A stretch of 64,000 nt of DNA from Candidatus Pacearchaeota archaeon. GTDB lineage: Archaea; Nanobdellota; Nanobdellia; Pacearchaeales; GW2011-AR1. The stretch spans positions 21,381 through 85,380 of the forward strand of contig SICV01000003.1 of the NCBI GenBank assembly GCA_009694725.1, written 5' to 3'. Within the stretch, counting starts at the first letter, position 1, and the number at the start of each line of letters is the position of its first letter. Positions 28,737 through 38,813 of this stretch are shown one piece after another. The position numbers and the translations under genes are program-made. The notes beneath the pieces were generated by a model. That model did not search any database and was not told the DNA's origin. It saw nothing but the letters and a program-made list of their open reading frames with translations.

Positions 28737-29180
28737 CTATTTTCGTAGCCTACGTTCTTTTGGTACATGGTTAATGAGCGTTCCTTTGGAGAGTTTCCCA
28801 CATCCAAAGAAGTCACCATTGAATTTTACGGCTACCGTGCCTTGCCCTTCTTTTGGTGTTACATCTCGTCCGCGTATCCAAGCATGGAATTCTTCGGGGG
28901 AGAGTTCCACGATTCCTTTGGTGATTTGGTCTTTGAGGATGTGCAGGGCGTCAAAGCTCAGGCGGATTTCATGTTCTTCGCGGAGTAGGTAGGTGCCGAT
29001 TCCTTCGATGTGAGAAATGGTACTCAGCGTGGTGAGGTCTTCAATAGGAAGGTTACCTGAATAGAGGCGGAGTTTTTCATCCCCTGCTTGGACAAGTACT
29101 CCAGGTACACTGGTGATACCAAACTGTTTCTCGAGTTGTTCAAGGATTTTTTTTGTTTCAGAGGCGCGGAGGAATTTCAT
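28737..29180 (-). CDS. PUA-domain protein (Nip7-like), partner of the Nop2/Sun methyltransferase
   Basis: 147 aa; C-terminal PUA-like GTVAVKFNGDFFGCGKL; sits immediately downstream of the Nop2/Sun MTase gene as in many archaea. Confidence 0.5.
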   Translation of the reverse strand: MKFLRASETKKILEQLEKQFGITSVPGVLVQAGDEKLRLYSGNLPIEDLTTLSTISHIEGIGTYLLREEHEIRLSFDALHILKDQITKGIVELSPEEFHAWIRGRDVTPKEGQGTVAVKFNGDFFGCGKLSKGTLINHVPKERRLRK

Positions 29181-29292
29181 GTGACATTCCTCGTGATTGA
29201 CTGATTTTCTCGGTTATTCTGGTATCTAATGTTCGCTTCAATTGGTAACTTCTTTATATCTACTGTTTTGTTGTTTTGTTGTTTTGTTTCCA

Positions 29293-30258
29293 TTATGCAA
29301 TGTCCTCCGTAAGTATGAGTTTTGCAACAAAGAATCCTTCACTGTCATTATCTTGGGGGTAGAGACGATGGCACTTGGTGACTTCAGGGCTGTAGGTTTC
29401 ACCTTGCCAGTTGGTAACGCCTGGGCGGGTTTTGATCGGGAGGGTGATTGTTTCGAGCTTCACCGGGAAGTTTTTGAGGGCGAAGTCGACCACTGCTTCG
29501 TTTTCAAGCGGGGAGTGAGTACAGGTTGAGTAGAGGAGAATGCCGTCTTTTTTGAGAGCTCGAAGTGCAGAAGCCATGAGTTTCTTTTGAAGTCTCCCCA
29601 TTTTGTCTACTACGCGATGATTCCACATCAGGAATGTTTTTGGTGAGCTTCGCAAGGTGCCTTCACCTGAACAGGGAGCATCGAGTAAAATACGATCTGC
29701 TTTGATGCCATGATCGGCGAATCGATGGGTAAGGCCAATGGCGTCATCGCGCGTCATGATACAATTGGTTGCTCCGCATCGTTCAAGGGTTGCGGAGAGG
29801 ATGCGGAGTCGGTCAAGTTTGACTTCATTCGCGATTAAGGTTCCTTGGTTCTGCATGGCTGCGGCGAGTTGTCCTGATTTTGAACCGGGGGCGGCGCACA
29901 GATCAAAGACGAGTTCACCTGGTTGGGGTTGGAGGGCAATCACGGAGAGCATCGAGGAGAGTTCTTGGACATAATAGTAGCCGAGAATATGTTCTAGGGC
30001 GTTGCCGAGTTCTCCCGGGCCGAGTTGGTTCGTGATGCGCATCACTTCGGGATGGGAAGGAGCAGGTTGGAAGATAGTCCAGCCCTTTGCTTCTAATCGT
30101 GCTTTGAGTTCTGCGGGCTTGATTTTGAGTGTGTTACACCGAATCCAGTTTGGAGGGCCGGTGTGGACGATTGTTTCATAGGCTTCGAAGTCTTTTTGGT
30201 CTGGTAGGAGTGCATGCATCTGCTCTGCAAAGCGTTCTTTCATTTCTGGGCGTACCAT
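29293..30258 (-). CDS. NOL1/NOP2/Sun-family RNA cytosine-C5 methyltransferase
   Basis: SAM motif DLCAAPGSKS; motif IV DAPCSGEG; motif VI YSTCTHSPLENE. Confidence 0.85.
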   Translation of the reverse strand: MVRPEMKERFAEQMHALLPDQKDFEAYETIVHTGPPNWIRCNTLKIKPAELKARLEAKGWTIFQPAPSHPEVMRITNQLGPGELGNALEHILGYYYVQELSSMLSVIALQPQPGELVFDLCAAPGSKSGQLAAAMQNQGTLIANEVKLDRLRILSATLERCGATNCIMTRDDAIGLTHRFADHGIKADRILLDAPCSGEGTLRSSPKTFLMWNHRVVDKMGRLQKKLMASALRALKKDGILLYSTCTHSPLENEAVVDFALKNFPVKLETITLPIKTRPGVTNWQGETYSPEVTKCHRLYPQDNDSEGFFVAKLILTEDIA

Positions 30259-30758
30259 TATCTATAGCGCCCCGAAGGGGTTTTAAGGGTACCGTTTGCT
30301 TGTTGGGCGAGGATAGCACGGATTTCAGTGGGGTGGAGTCCGAAGTCGGGTTTCCACTTCTTTCCCCCTGTTTCAAATTGCCATTCGGCAGAAGCAAGTA
30401 AGGCATGTCCCAATCCTCGTGTAATAACAAGCATATCTGTTGCTCGCTCATCTGCAACACGTGCTTTCAGATTCGTATTGTATTTTGTTCCAAGTGCCAT
30501 TATTGTTCCCCTTTTTAATAAAGGAATATCGCGTACGGCGTGACTTAATTCATGGGCAATTCCTCCGGTGAGTATTGCTTCAGGTAATATAACATAGGCT
30601 GGTTCGCATTTTATATGATGAATTCTTCTTGGTACATCTGGATCATATAAGAGATACCAATCTTTTCCTTTTTGTATTTCAAAGATAAATCGTTCTTGTT
30701 GTAATTCCGGAAAATATGTTCGAATCAGGTGTGTGCCAATGCGTGCAAGTCGATTCAT
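30258..30758 (-). CDS. putative HExxH zinc metallopeptidase-like protein
   Basis: 166 aa; GIAHELSHAV HExxH motif. Confidence 0.45.
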   Translation of the reverse strand: MNRLARIGTHLIRTYFPELQQERFIFEIQKGKDWYLLYDPDVPRRIHHIKCEPAYVILPEAILTGGIAHELSHAVRDIPLLKRGTIMALGTKYNTNLKARVADERATDMLVITRGLGHALLASAEWQFETGGKKWKPDFGLHPTEIRAILAQQANGTLKTPSGRYR

Positions 30759-30969
30759 TTCTTTTTCGATAAGAGTGAGTTAAAAAACATGTTGGTGGCT
30801 GTGTGAGGCATACGAAAAAGAGCCTCAATCGTTCTCAGGGCGCCGCAGGCGCCCGGTGCGCCGACCAGGGATTATTTTTGTGTCGTTTGCATCGTCAAAA
30901 CTTCGCTTAAGGGTGATTAAGCGAAAGGTATCTGTGCATAACGGTTGTAACTAGAAGAAACAATGAGTA

Positions 30970-31608
30970 TTAGTAAACCTTGCTTCGTTCTAAAGAAGCA
31001 ACACCTAAAGTATACATGTCTTGTGCAATCGTTGGTCGTTCAGCTTTTAAACACGCGTCAGCAATTCTTAAAGCCCGAGTTCCAATTGCTTGGTAGAGCG
31101 AGTTAGTAAATTCAGGACGTGCATCTCCAAATTCTCGTGCTCTCAAGGCGTCATTGTTTCCAACTGTTTTGTCTAACCAATCAATGTTATACTTTGCGAA
31201 TTCAACAAGACATGCGGCTTGTTCTAATTTACCCTTTCTTCGTGATACCTCCGCAGTTACCAATAAAGAAAGTGTTTTATCTACCCCATAAAAACCGATG
31301 TTTGAACTAAGGGGTCGGCTTGAGCCATAGGTGATATAAAATGGAGCAGTAAAATTACCTCCGCTTATGCCTCCATCAATGTATATTGCCTCTTGTGCAA
31401 CTGCGCCACTCTTTGGAGAAACAGGCATGCCTTCTTCTATGAGATATTGGTTAGAGAGAGCAAACTTTTGCCCATCATCAGCCCCAAAATGTCTTCCGTA
31501 CGTTACTGCTTTTTTAAGTCTTGCTTGGTGTTGTGCCTTAGCTTGTTTTAATTTTATCTGGGCTAATCGCTCAGCAAAAGTTTCACGTATACTTGTTGTT
31601 GTATCCAT
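30970..31608 (-). CDS. hypothetical protein
   Basis: 212 aa; no motif recognised. Confidence 0.4.
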   Translation of the reverse strand: MDTTTSIRETFAERLAQIKLKQAKAQHQARLKKAVTYGRHFGADDGQKFALSNQYLIEEGMPVSPKSGAVAQEAIYIDGGISGGNFTAPFYITYGSSRPLSSNIGFYGVDKTLSLLVTAEVSRRKGKLEQAACLVEFAKYNIDWLDKTVGNNDALRAREFGDARPEFTNSLYQAIGTRALRIADACLKAERPTIAQDMYTLGVASLERSKVY

Positions 31609-31676
31609 CCTTTTTTTAATAGGGATAGACTATTTAAATCTTGCTATTGTTACTACTTAAGAGTTATATTCAAACC

Positions 31677-32105
31677 TTAGACCAATTCAGTCGTGTATTT
31701 TTTTACTTGTGTTTCTGGTTGTTGTGGAGAAGAGGCTTGGGAAAGTTGTGAAGTATAGGGGGTATATGTTGCTCGATGTTCAGGATGTGGATCAACCAGG
31801 CCCATTTCAACTTCCCCGCCTGCACGTGTGACAAGATTATAAATCCATACGATGAGAACGGTGAGGGTGAAAATGCCCATGAGTACTCCGATAAAGAGCC
31901 AGGTTGCGAAGATGATTAATTGTCTCAGGTCAACGTACTGAATTAAGGAGATCCCTTGTGCGCTGGGAAGGTATTTACCAAAATAGGCAAGGGCAAAAAA
32001 AACGATGACCGTGAGCGTTGCTAAACTCAATCCAAGATAAAGGCCATATAATGCCGCGCCTTTGAGATAGATGTGACGAAGAGGGATACGTTCGATGTCA
32101 TACAT
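31677..32105 (-). CDS. hypothetical membrane protein
   Basis: 142 aa; 3 predicted TMs. Confidence 0.4.
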   Translation of the reverse strand: MYDIERIPLRHIYLKGAALYGLYLGLSLATLTVIVFFALAYFGKYLPSAQGISLIQYVDLRQLIIFATWLFIGVLMGIFTLTVLIVWIYNLVTRAGGEVEMGLVDPHPEHRATYTPYTSQLSQASSPQQPETQVKKYTTELV

Positions 32106-32299
32106 ATGTACCTGAGTGTTGTGTATCTTTTAAATGATTTGAATGACGTTCTTTTTTAGTCTCGATTAGGTATTACCACGTATCTGATACATGTTTGTGT
32201 ATTTGTTAGGGGAGTTATGTATGTCCTGTTTTGGTATCTGAGGCATATGTTGATGAGAGGTTTGGTGGAGTATAGCGCTCTTGAAAGAAAGGGGGCTTT

Positions 32300-34633
32300 C
32301 TACAACGTGCTTTGTTTTGTTGCGGTAACAATATCTTTGAGTTCTATATTAAAAGTGGCGAGGGCTTGGTTGGCGATTGGTTCAATTTGCTTTGTGATGT
32401 AATGGTCGTAGTCTAGTGGGTGGGTGTGTTTTTGGAGAGGTTCGGGACCAGCAGTGGTGATGTAATACTCGATGATGTCTCCTGGAGGAGTATCGAGTAA
32501 GCGTGCTGCTTTGACATGGGGTGGCGTTGTTTTGGTATAGTCGGCAAGGTCTTTTCTGAGAGATTTGCGGTAGACGAGGAGATTGTCTTTTTTACCGGCA
32601 CGAATTGCCGCGATGTAGTCTTTGATGAATGTTTTATAGGGTTTATTGGTGAAGAGACGGGTGAGGAGCTCGGTCTGGAATTCTTGTGCAGCTGTTGTCC
32701 AATCGCCTCGGACTGCTTCAAGGCCCACAATTTCTAATTCTTCTTTTCCCCCTAGGTGATACATCCCTGCATAGCGTTTCTTTGCCGCCTTTGTTTCTTT
32801 CGCATCCTTTTTTTGCATACGGAGGGGGGGGAAGAGGAGCCCGGTGTAGATACGTTTCGTTTCTAATTCTAAGACTGAGGTGCGTTGATAGTGTGTGGTA
32901 ATGTAGTTTTTGTAGAATGTGTTGATGTACTGTGCGAGTTTTTCTGCTGTTTCTGTTGCTTGTTTTTCTGTTTCTTTGGTAAGGACAAAGACCGAATCGG
33001 TATCTGAGTAAATGATGTCATAGCCTTGTTTTTTTATTTCTTCTGCAGTGAGTTTGATAATCATTTGGGCGAAGTTGGTGATCGAAGAGCCTAGTGTGAA
33101 GTTGAAATAGCGGGAGTTGGGGCTGGCGAGGACACCAAAGAACGAGTTCATAATAATTTTAATAGCATAACTGGCGAGTTCTCGTTTCTCTTGCTTTGCT
33201 TTTTCTCGAGCGTGATGAAGAGAGGTGAGAATCTGAGGGAGGATGCCTTCGGTATTAGTGAGATAGGCCCCATTTGGACTTTCAATGAATCCTTTTTCTT
33301 TGTTCTCTCTGAATGAGGACGGATCTATATTGAATGTACGCATGATGCTGGGATAGAGTGATTTAAAGTCTAAGACGGCAACGTTGTGGTAGATGCCTGG
33401 CTGAGGGGTAAGGACATATCCTCCGAGAATTTTATCTTCTTTGGGATTATAGCGTGTGGTGGGAGAGACTAATCCTTTTTTACGAGCTTCTCGGATGTAG
33501 AGTGAATCAAAGGCTGCAATACTTCCTCCGAGACGATCAAAGTGGAGACCGGTCAAATGGGAACGTTCGATGATAAGGTCGAGTATTTTTGTTTGATCCA
33601 TGATTTCATAGACGAGTTCACAATCGCGGAGGTTATAGTCCACTATTTTTTGAGGGTCGTTGTGATAGAGAGCGATAATTTCTTGATGTCTTCCTTTTCC
33701 CTTGAGCAGTTTTCCTTTTTTGATAAGGGCTTGAGATACATTTTCAAGCGTATATGAGTCGAAATCGGCAAATTTGATGGAGGGGGCTTCTTTGATGAAT
33801 GGGTCTTTGATAAGGGCAAGACCATCGAGTACTTGTCTTCCGGGAAGTTCACACGTTGAAGCGCGGAAGAAATTACCTGAAGCACGGATACGCGCTTTCT
33901 CTCCGGTTCTGCTCCAATCGAAAGGTATTTTGCTTTTTTTGTACCGTTCTTGGAGATAGACCATATCGAAATCAATCATATTCCAACCCGTGATGATGTC
34001 AGGGTCGAATTTCAGAACTTCTTGTTGGGCTTTTTCAAGGCAGTCTGCTTCATCTTGACAGGGAACACTATTTGTTAACTTTTCTTTTGTAATAAAAAAG
34101 CATTTTTTATAGTTTTTACTGTATAGTCCGATGCAAAAAAGATTCCCTTGTTCATCTGATTCGGTATCGATTGAGAGAACTTTGAGATTGTGGGGCGTTT
34201 CTTCTGTTTTGTGTATAGCTGGGTTTGTATAGATGCGATCTACACGTTCTCCTGGTTCCCATTCTCCTTCTAGTTTTATGAAGAGTTTGAGGTCGTTATC
34301 AATGAGGAAGCGTGTGTTTGGTTTGATATCTGCCTCATAGGTATCAATTTCTAATTTATGGAGCGCTTCCGAGAGTTTATTGAGCTGGAGGTAGTCAGCA
34401 TGTGAGATTTTAATGACTTTTTCACCGAGAAAGGTGGTTTCTGGTGCTTCTTGGACTGTATATTTGATGAGATATTTCTCTGCTTTCTTTTTTGAGGAGT
34501 GTCTCATGAAGAAATAAGGGGTGAGTTGCTGTATGGAAGAAAATGTTTGCCCATTTTCTAAGCGTCCGTGAAGCGTGACAACCGTTTGTTCATTTCTGAG
34601 CTCATAACTGCTGTCTACCAGGATTGCTTTCAT
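32300..34633 (-). CDS. polB: family B DNA polymerase (compact, 777 aa)
   Basis: Exo I LSIDTES; motif A DFKSLYPSI; motif C IIYSDTDSVFV; KxxxNSxYG-like motif B MNSFFGVLASP. Confidence 0.9.
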   Translation of the reverse strand: MKAILVDSSYELRNEQTVVTLHGRLENGQTFSSIQQLTPYFFMRHSSKKKAEKYLIKYTVQEAPETTFLGEKVIKISHADYLQLNKLSEALHKLEIDTYEADIKPNTRFLIDNDLKLFIKLEGEWEPGERVDRIYTNPAIHKTEETPHNLKVLSIDTESDEQGNLFCIGLYSKNYKKCFFITKEKLTNSVPCQDEADCLEKAQQEVLKFDPDIITGWNMIDFDMVYLQERYKKSKIPFDWSRTGEKARIRASGNFFRASTCELPGRQVLDGLALIKDPFIKEAPSIKFADFDSYTLENVSQALIKKGKLLKGKGRHQEIIALYHNDPQKIVDYNLRDCELVYEIMDQTKILDLIIERSHLTGLHFDRLGGSIAAFDSLYIREARKKGLVSPTTRYNPKEDKILGGYVLTPQPGIYHNVAVLDFKSLYPSIMRTFNIDPSSFRENKEKGFIESPNGAYLTNTEGILPQILTSLHHAREKAKQEKRELASYAIKIIMNSFFGVLASPNSRYFNFTLGSSITNFAQMIIKLTAEEIKKQGYDIIYSDTDSVFVLTKETEKQATETAEKLAQYINTFYKNYITTHYQRTSVLELETKRIYTGLLFPPLRMQKKDAKETKAAKKRYAGMYHLGGKEELEIVGLEAVRGDWTTAAQEFQTELLTRLFTNKPYKTFIKDYIAAIRAGKKDNLLVYRKSLRKDLADYTKTTPPHVKAARLLDTPPGDIIEYYITTAGPEPLQKHTHPLDYDHYITKQIEPIANQALATFNIELKDIVTATKQSTL

Positions 34634-34740
34634 ACAGTTTCTTCGTGTTCGTTCATTAAGAAGGTATCTTTCTTTTATAGTGTCACTTTTTGGTAGTAGC
34701 TAATCGTAATGTTTAAATAGGGATCTGAAGCTCTTTCAGT

Positions 34741-35349
34741 ATGGCTACACAAGCAGTGAAACGGCAGATGCGAGACTATCTTGTAGATCGTCTTGCGGCA
34801 GGAGGGACTCCTGTCTCCCCTCAGGCTGTTCAGTTCGATACTTCTGGCACCTTATATTCTGTGGGTGAGGATGGTTTCGTACTTGCTTTGTATGATACGT
34901 TTGGAGGGGAACGATTTACGCGACTTATACATGAAGTTGTACGAAAGAGGCCTCGTCGGGCAGTCGTCGTGTTGAAAGAGGGTACTACGTATTTCAGAAG
35001 TGCTGCAGAGGATGTTCACTTTAAACGTGATGATAGAAGCTTGAAACACTATAGTGTTGATGACGTTAATCGTATGATTTTGACTCGTCCTGAAGAACAA
35101 GCTGTTTTGAAGAGTTCGAAAACAATTCAATACTATCAACCAGCATCAAGCAGATTATCTGAAGGTCTTGCGACTATTGGTTTTGAGCCGGTTGCATATG
35201 ATTATACACATCTTCCTGCTGATTGGTTTCGACCAGCAGAGAAGGATTCTACTCGTCTTTTCCTGAATACGCCTCTTTCGCTTTTGGATGGTCCTCTTTG
35301 TTTAGGTGCTCGTGCGTTGATTCCTGCATCTTCTGGCCGAGGGGCTTAA
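34741..35349 (+). CDS. hypothetical protein
   Basis: 202 aa; codon usage consistent with the host; no motif. Confidence 0.4.
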   Translation: MATQAVKRQMRDYLVDRLAAGGTPVSPQAVQFDTSGTLYSVGEDGFVLALYDTFGGERFTRLIHEVVRKRPRRAVVVLKEGTTYFRSAAEDVHFKRDDRSLKHYSVDDVNRMILTRPEEQAVLKSSKTIQYYQPASSRLSEGLATIGFEPVAYDYTHLPADWFRPAEKDSTRLFLNTPLSLLDGPLCLGARALIPASSGRGA

Positions 35350-35472
35350 TTCTCTTATGGGCTCTTTTTTTCATCGTTCATATGCACATGGTGAAGATCA
35401 TAATCGCGGTATTGATCGGAAAGAGATTTTTTGCTCTGAACGAAAGCAGTAGATCGGGAAGACTACTCTGCA

Positions 35473-36030
35473 TTGTTAACGGGTGTGCACCGCATTTTGG
35501 AAGAGACCGGGAGGCAACTTGTTCTGAAAGATTATGGCGTGTTTCATGCGGGAAAGGGACCGTATGGCAGCCCTGAATGGTATGAGCACCAGGCTTTAAC
35601 AACTAAAAATCGGGGGCTTGGTGAGCAAGTAAGTGCAATTGAGCTTGACACACTCTTACGAAGTGAGCCGTATCAGAAAGAACATCCTCATTTTGATGTG
35701 TTTGTTCTGAATCGTGACTTGACCACTACTCAGGAAGATACTACTAACAATTATATTTTTGGGTATGGTCCGTACCCGAATAATATTGTCTCAACGACAC
35801 GGTTTCAGCTTTTAATGCCTACAGATAGCATACGGCATGCTGCGTTACAGATTATTGGAGCGCATGAGTTTGGGCATACTATAGATTTAGTACATCGTGA
35901 CTTTAATACGGGAACGCAGGGTTATCAACTCGTTCATTGTATTGGTGAGAAGGGCCCCTGTTTAATGGAACAGGTCAATGTGCCGGGATGCAAGACTATG
36001 GAAGAACAAGCGAAGTTACTGGTTACTTGA
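35473..36030 (+). CDS. archaemetzincin-like zinc metalloprotease
   Basis: GAHEFGHTIDLVH (HExxHxxGxxH) followed by cysteines HCIGEKGPCLMEQ...PGC, matching the archaemetzincin arrangement. Confidence 0.55.
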   Translation: MLTGVHRILEETGRQLVLKDYGVFHAGKGPYGSPEWYEHQALTTKNRGLGEQVSAIELDTLLRSEPYQKEHPHFDVFVLNRDLTTTQEDTTNNYIFGYGPYPNNIVSTTRFQLLMPTDSIRHAALQIIGAHEFGHTIDLVHRDFNTGTQGYQLVHCIGEKGPCLMEQVNVPGCKTMEEQAKLLVT

Positions 36031-36149
36031 AAACATCTCTTGTGTGAAGATTGTACTGATGAAATGAGATGGAAGCGTGCGGATATGCGAGCGAAAGGCG
36101 TGTATTGGTAAGTGAGTAGCTTTTTAACTTCGTATTCTCTTGTTTCTCT

Positions 36150-37163
36150 ATGGGTCTCCATATTGGTGATATTGTTCCTCGGCATGAAATTCAATTGAGT
36201 GCTCTCAAGGGGAAAGTGCTGGCGGTTGATGCGTTTAATGTGATTTTTCAATTTTTGTCTTCCATTCGACAGCCCGATGGGACTCCGTTGATGGACAGTC
36301 AGGGGCGCGTGACTTCTCATTTATCTGGGCTGTTTAATCGTAATGCTGCTTTGTTAAAAGAGGGAATACGATTGATTTATGTGTTTGATGGAGAGTATCA
36401 TCCGTTGAAGAGTAAAACGCATGCTCTTCGGCAAGCGGTGAAAGATAAGGCGCGAGAAGCTCATGCGGCTGCGGTTGCCGATGAAGATTTTATTGAAGCG
36501 GGTAAATATGCGCGGCAGTTGAGTACGGTAAATGAGGGCATGTTGGATGAATGTAAACAATTATTGACTTCGATGGGAATTGCGGTGTATCAAGCGGCGG
36601 GAGAGGGGGAAATGCAGTGTGCTGAGTTGGTCAAGCGTGGGGATGCCTGGGCAGTTGCTTCGCAGGATTATGATGCGCTTGCGGTGGGGGGGAAGCGCTT
36701 GATTCAAAATCTGACCCTTGCAAAGACCCGGAAGACTGCTTCAGGGGTTATTTATATTGCGCCTGAAGTCATCGACTATGTCCAGACATTACAATCGCTT
36801 GAATTGGATAGTGATCAGTTGATTTGTGTGGCGATTTTAGTAGGGACAGACTTTAATCCGGGCGGGGTGAAAGGTATTGGGCCGAAGAAAGCACTTTCAT
36901 TGGTGCGCGAGAAAAAGTTCCCTGTTGCGATTTTTCAAGAATTACAAGAACAGGGGAAATTAGATTTTGATTGGTCTGAAATATTTCATATTTTCAAGCA
37001 ACCAACCGTTTCGAAGGAACCGGTCGTCTGGCCGAAGTATGATCGAAAGAAAGTTATGCAGTTGTTAGTTGAGGAACATGAGTTTGGGAAAGAACGAGTT
37101 GAGAAACAATTAGATGCTTTGGAAGCAGTCGCGCGTGAACAGAAACAGAAGACGTTGTTTTAA
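36150..37163 (+). CDS. fen: flap endonuclease FEN-1
   Basis: N domain MGLHIGDIVPRH...LKGKVLAVDAFNVIFQFL; I domain; H3TH; 337 aa. Confidence 0.9.
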   Translation: MGLHIGDIVPRHEIQLSALKGKVLAVDAFNVIFQFLSSIRQPDGTPLMDSQGRVTSHLSGLFNRNAALLKEGIRLIYVFDGEYHPLKSKTHALRQAVKDKAREAHAAAVADEDFIEAGKYARQLSTVNEGMLDECKQLLTSMGIAVYQAAGEGEMQCAELVKRGDAWAVASQDYDALAVGGKRLIQNLTLAKTRKTASGVIYIAPEVIDYVQTLQSLELDSDQLICVAILVGTDFNPGGVKGIGPKKALSLVREKKFPVAIFQELQEQGKLDFDWSEIFHIFKQPTVSKEPVVWPKYDRKKVMQLLVEEHEFGKERVEKQLDALEAVAREQKQKTLF

Positions 37164-37369
37164 CAACGTCTTTAATGGGCGTTATCTGTTGTTACAATCA
37201 TGAACGATACTGAAGTTACCGTTGATTTAGAAGCTCTTCGGGGCGATAAACAAACAAATTTTCAAGAACGATTGTGGTTTATTTCGTATTGGGTGAGAAA
37301 ACTGAAAACTTTATCTGATACGGAATGGACGCAGATGCAAGCTGATTTTATTAATGCCCAATTTAAACA

Positions 37370-38071
37370 TTAGGTGATGTCATATTTGGTGTAATCGGGA
37401 TTGTTGAGGTTCTTGAGTTTGATGCCGGACACTTCTTCTTTTAATGTTTTGATATCTTTTTTTTCTTGCTTTCGTTCCATTTTTGCTTTGATGATTTCAA
37501 AGAGTCTTTCCCAGACTTTTGTGAAGATACCAATGTAAAGCACGCCGAGTATAAGTGCAAGTTCAAGGACGAGTTGGACAATGAATGGATTGATTCCCGG
37601 GATGTTGAATCCTTGGGTAAGTCCGACGCCCCAGGTGGCAAGGGTGCGTTCAACACCCAGCGCTGAGGCGAGGGTTGCGACACCGAAACCTACCGCCCAG
37701 TGGACTTTGGTATCCCAGAGTTCGAGGAACGCGAGGAGGCGTTTTATCGAGGTACCAAGGGATATCCAAATAATTGCGCTGAAGAGGAAAAGAAAATTCC
37801 AACTGAACGGGATACCGAGAAGGAATTGCCAGACAAAGTTCAGAGAGGTGAGTTGGCGGTCTGCTTCTCGAATGTATTTGCCTGCGGTTGATTTGTTAAG
37901 GAAGTCAGCCCATTGTTCTTTGAGGTACGTATCTCGCGCTTGTTGATCATTGAGTTTATTGACGACGTCTTGTGTTTGTTCTACGGTGTCTTGGAAGGGA
38001 AGTTCTGCGCTCGAGACGAGCGGCGCTAGGAGTAAGCATGTCAGTATGAGGAACGGTACGATTGTTTTCAT
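37370..38071 (-). CDS. hypothetical secreted/membrane protein
   Basis: Signal peptide MKTIVPFLILTCLLLAPLVSSA; several TMs; charged C-terminal tail. Confidence 0.45.
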   Translation of the reverse strand: MKTIVPFLILTCLLLAPLVSSAELPFQDTVEQTQDVVNKLNDQQARDTYLKEQWADFLNKSTAGKYIREADRQLTSLNFVWQFLLGIPFSWNFLFLFSAIIWISLGTSIKRLLAFLELWDTKVHWAVGFGVATLASALGVERTLATWGVGLTQGFNIPGINPFIVQLVLELALILGVLYIGIFTKVWERLFEIIKAKMERKQEKKDIKTLKEEVSGIKLKNLNNPDYTKYDIT

Positions 38072-38123
38072 GGTGTTGTTCTCTCTTTTATTGCGCCTCT
38101 TTGTATATACTCTTCAACTGTGC

Positions 38124-38639
38124 TCATAGTTCTATTGCTCCTTGAAAGAGAATGCCGTTTATAACACTATTCTTAAGTTCAGGGGAAATTTTCTTCCAGG
38201 GGAGGTATTCAATGTTGATTGGACGTGCACATTCTTTTTCGTATGGTTCAAGATTCAAGGGTTTTTCTTTGGTATCTATGATAGCGATATCAATGTCTGA
38301 ACGTTCAGCATCTTGCCCATAGGCATAGGAACCAAAGAGGATGATTGTTGCGAGGGGGTAGGTATTGTTGAGATAGGCAATGAGTCCTGAGGTATACATG
38401 CTGGTGAAGTTAGCAATGCGTTTCTTGATGGTGAATGTATCTGTGATGTTTCCTCGCACTAAATAGTTAAATCGTTTTTCCAGGGTGATCAGCTCTTGTT
38501 TTTCTAATACTTTGAGCGCATCCCCTATTGCGGGAGGGGAAAGCGAAAGCTTTTTGCTGAGCTCTCTGAGTGAGAAGGTGGTATTCGGGTATTTGAAGAG
38601 AAGATCGAGTATTTTCTCGGGGGCTATGCTTTGTTTCAT
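38124..38639 (-). CDS. winged-HTH plus minimal nucleotidyltransferase (MNT, Pol-beta superfamily) protein
   Basis: N-terminal wHTH (LRELSKKLSLSPPAIGDALKVLEKQELI); NTase motif ILFGSYAYGQDAERSDIDIAI (GS...D.D); no HEPN partner detected nearby. Confidence 0.7.
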   Translation of the reverse strand: MKQSIAPEKILDLLFKYPNTTFSLRELSKKLSLSPPAIGDALKVLEKQELITLEKRFNYLVRGNITDTFTIKKRIANFTSMYTSGLIAYLNNTYPLATIILFGSYAYGQDAERSDIDIAIIDTKEKPLNLEPYEKECARPINIEYLPWKKISPELKNSVINGILFQGAIEL

Positions 38640-38813
38640 CTTGGCAAGTTATCTTTCTGTTTAGTAAGTTATTATTTTAGTTGATAGATTAACTTTTCAA
38701 GAGTATATAAGGATTGTGGTTGTTGTTTGGAAGAGCGGCACTCGTGCTTGGGGTATCTTTACTCTTTTAGTTACCTAAAGATTTATACATTCTTATTCTC
38801 TTTAGAAAAGTGT

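Noticed and set aside
35223-35576. 117-aa ORF bridging the spacer between the hypothetical gene 34741-35349 and the archaemetzincin-like gene
   Set aside because: It overlaps both flanking better-supported genes and has no motif. Probably non-coding spacer.
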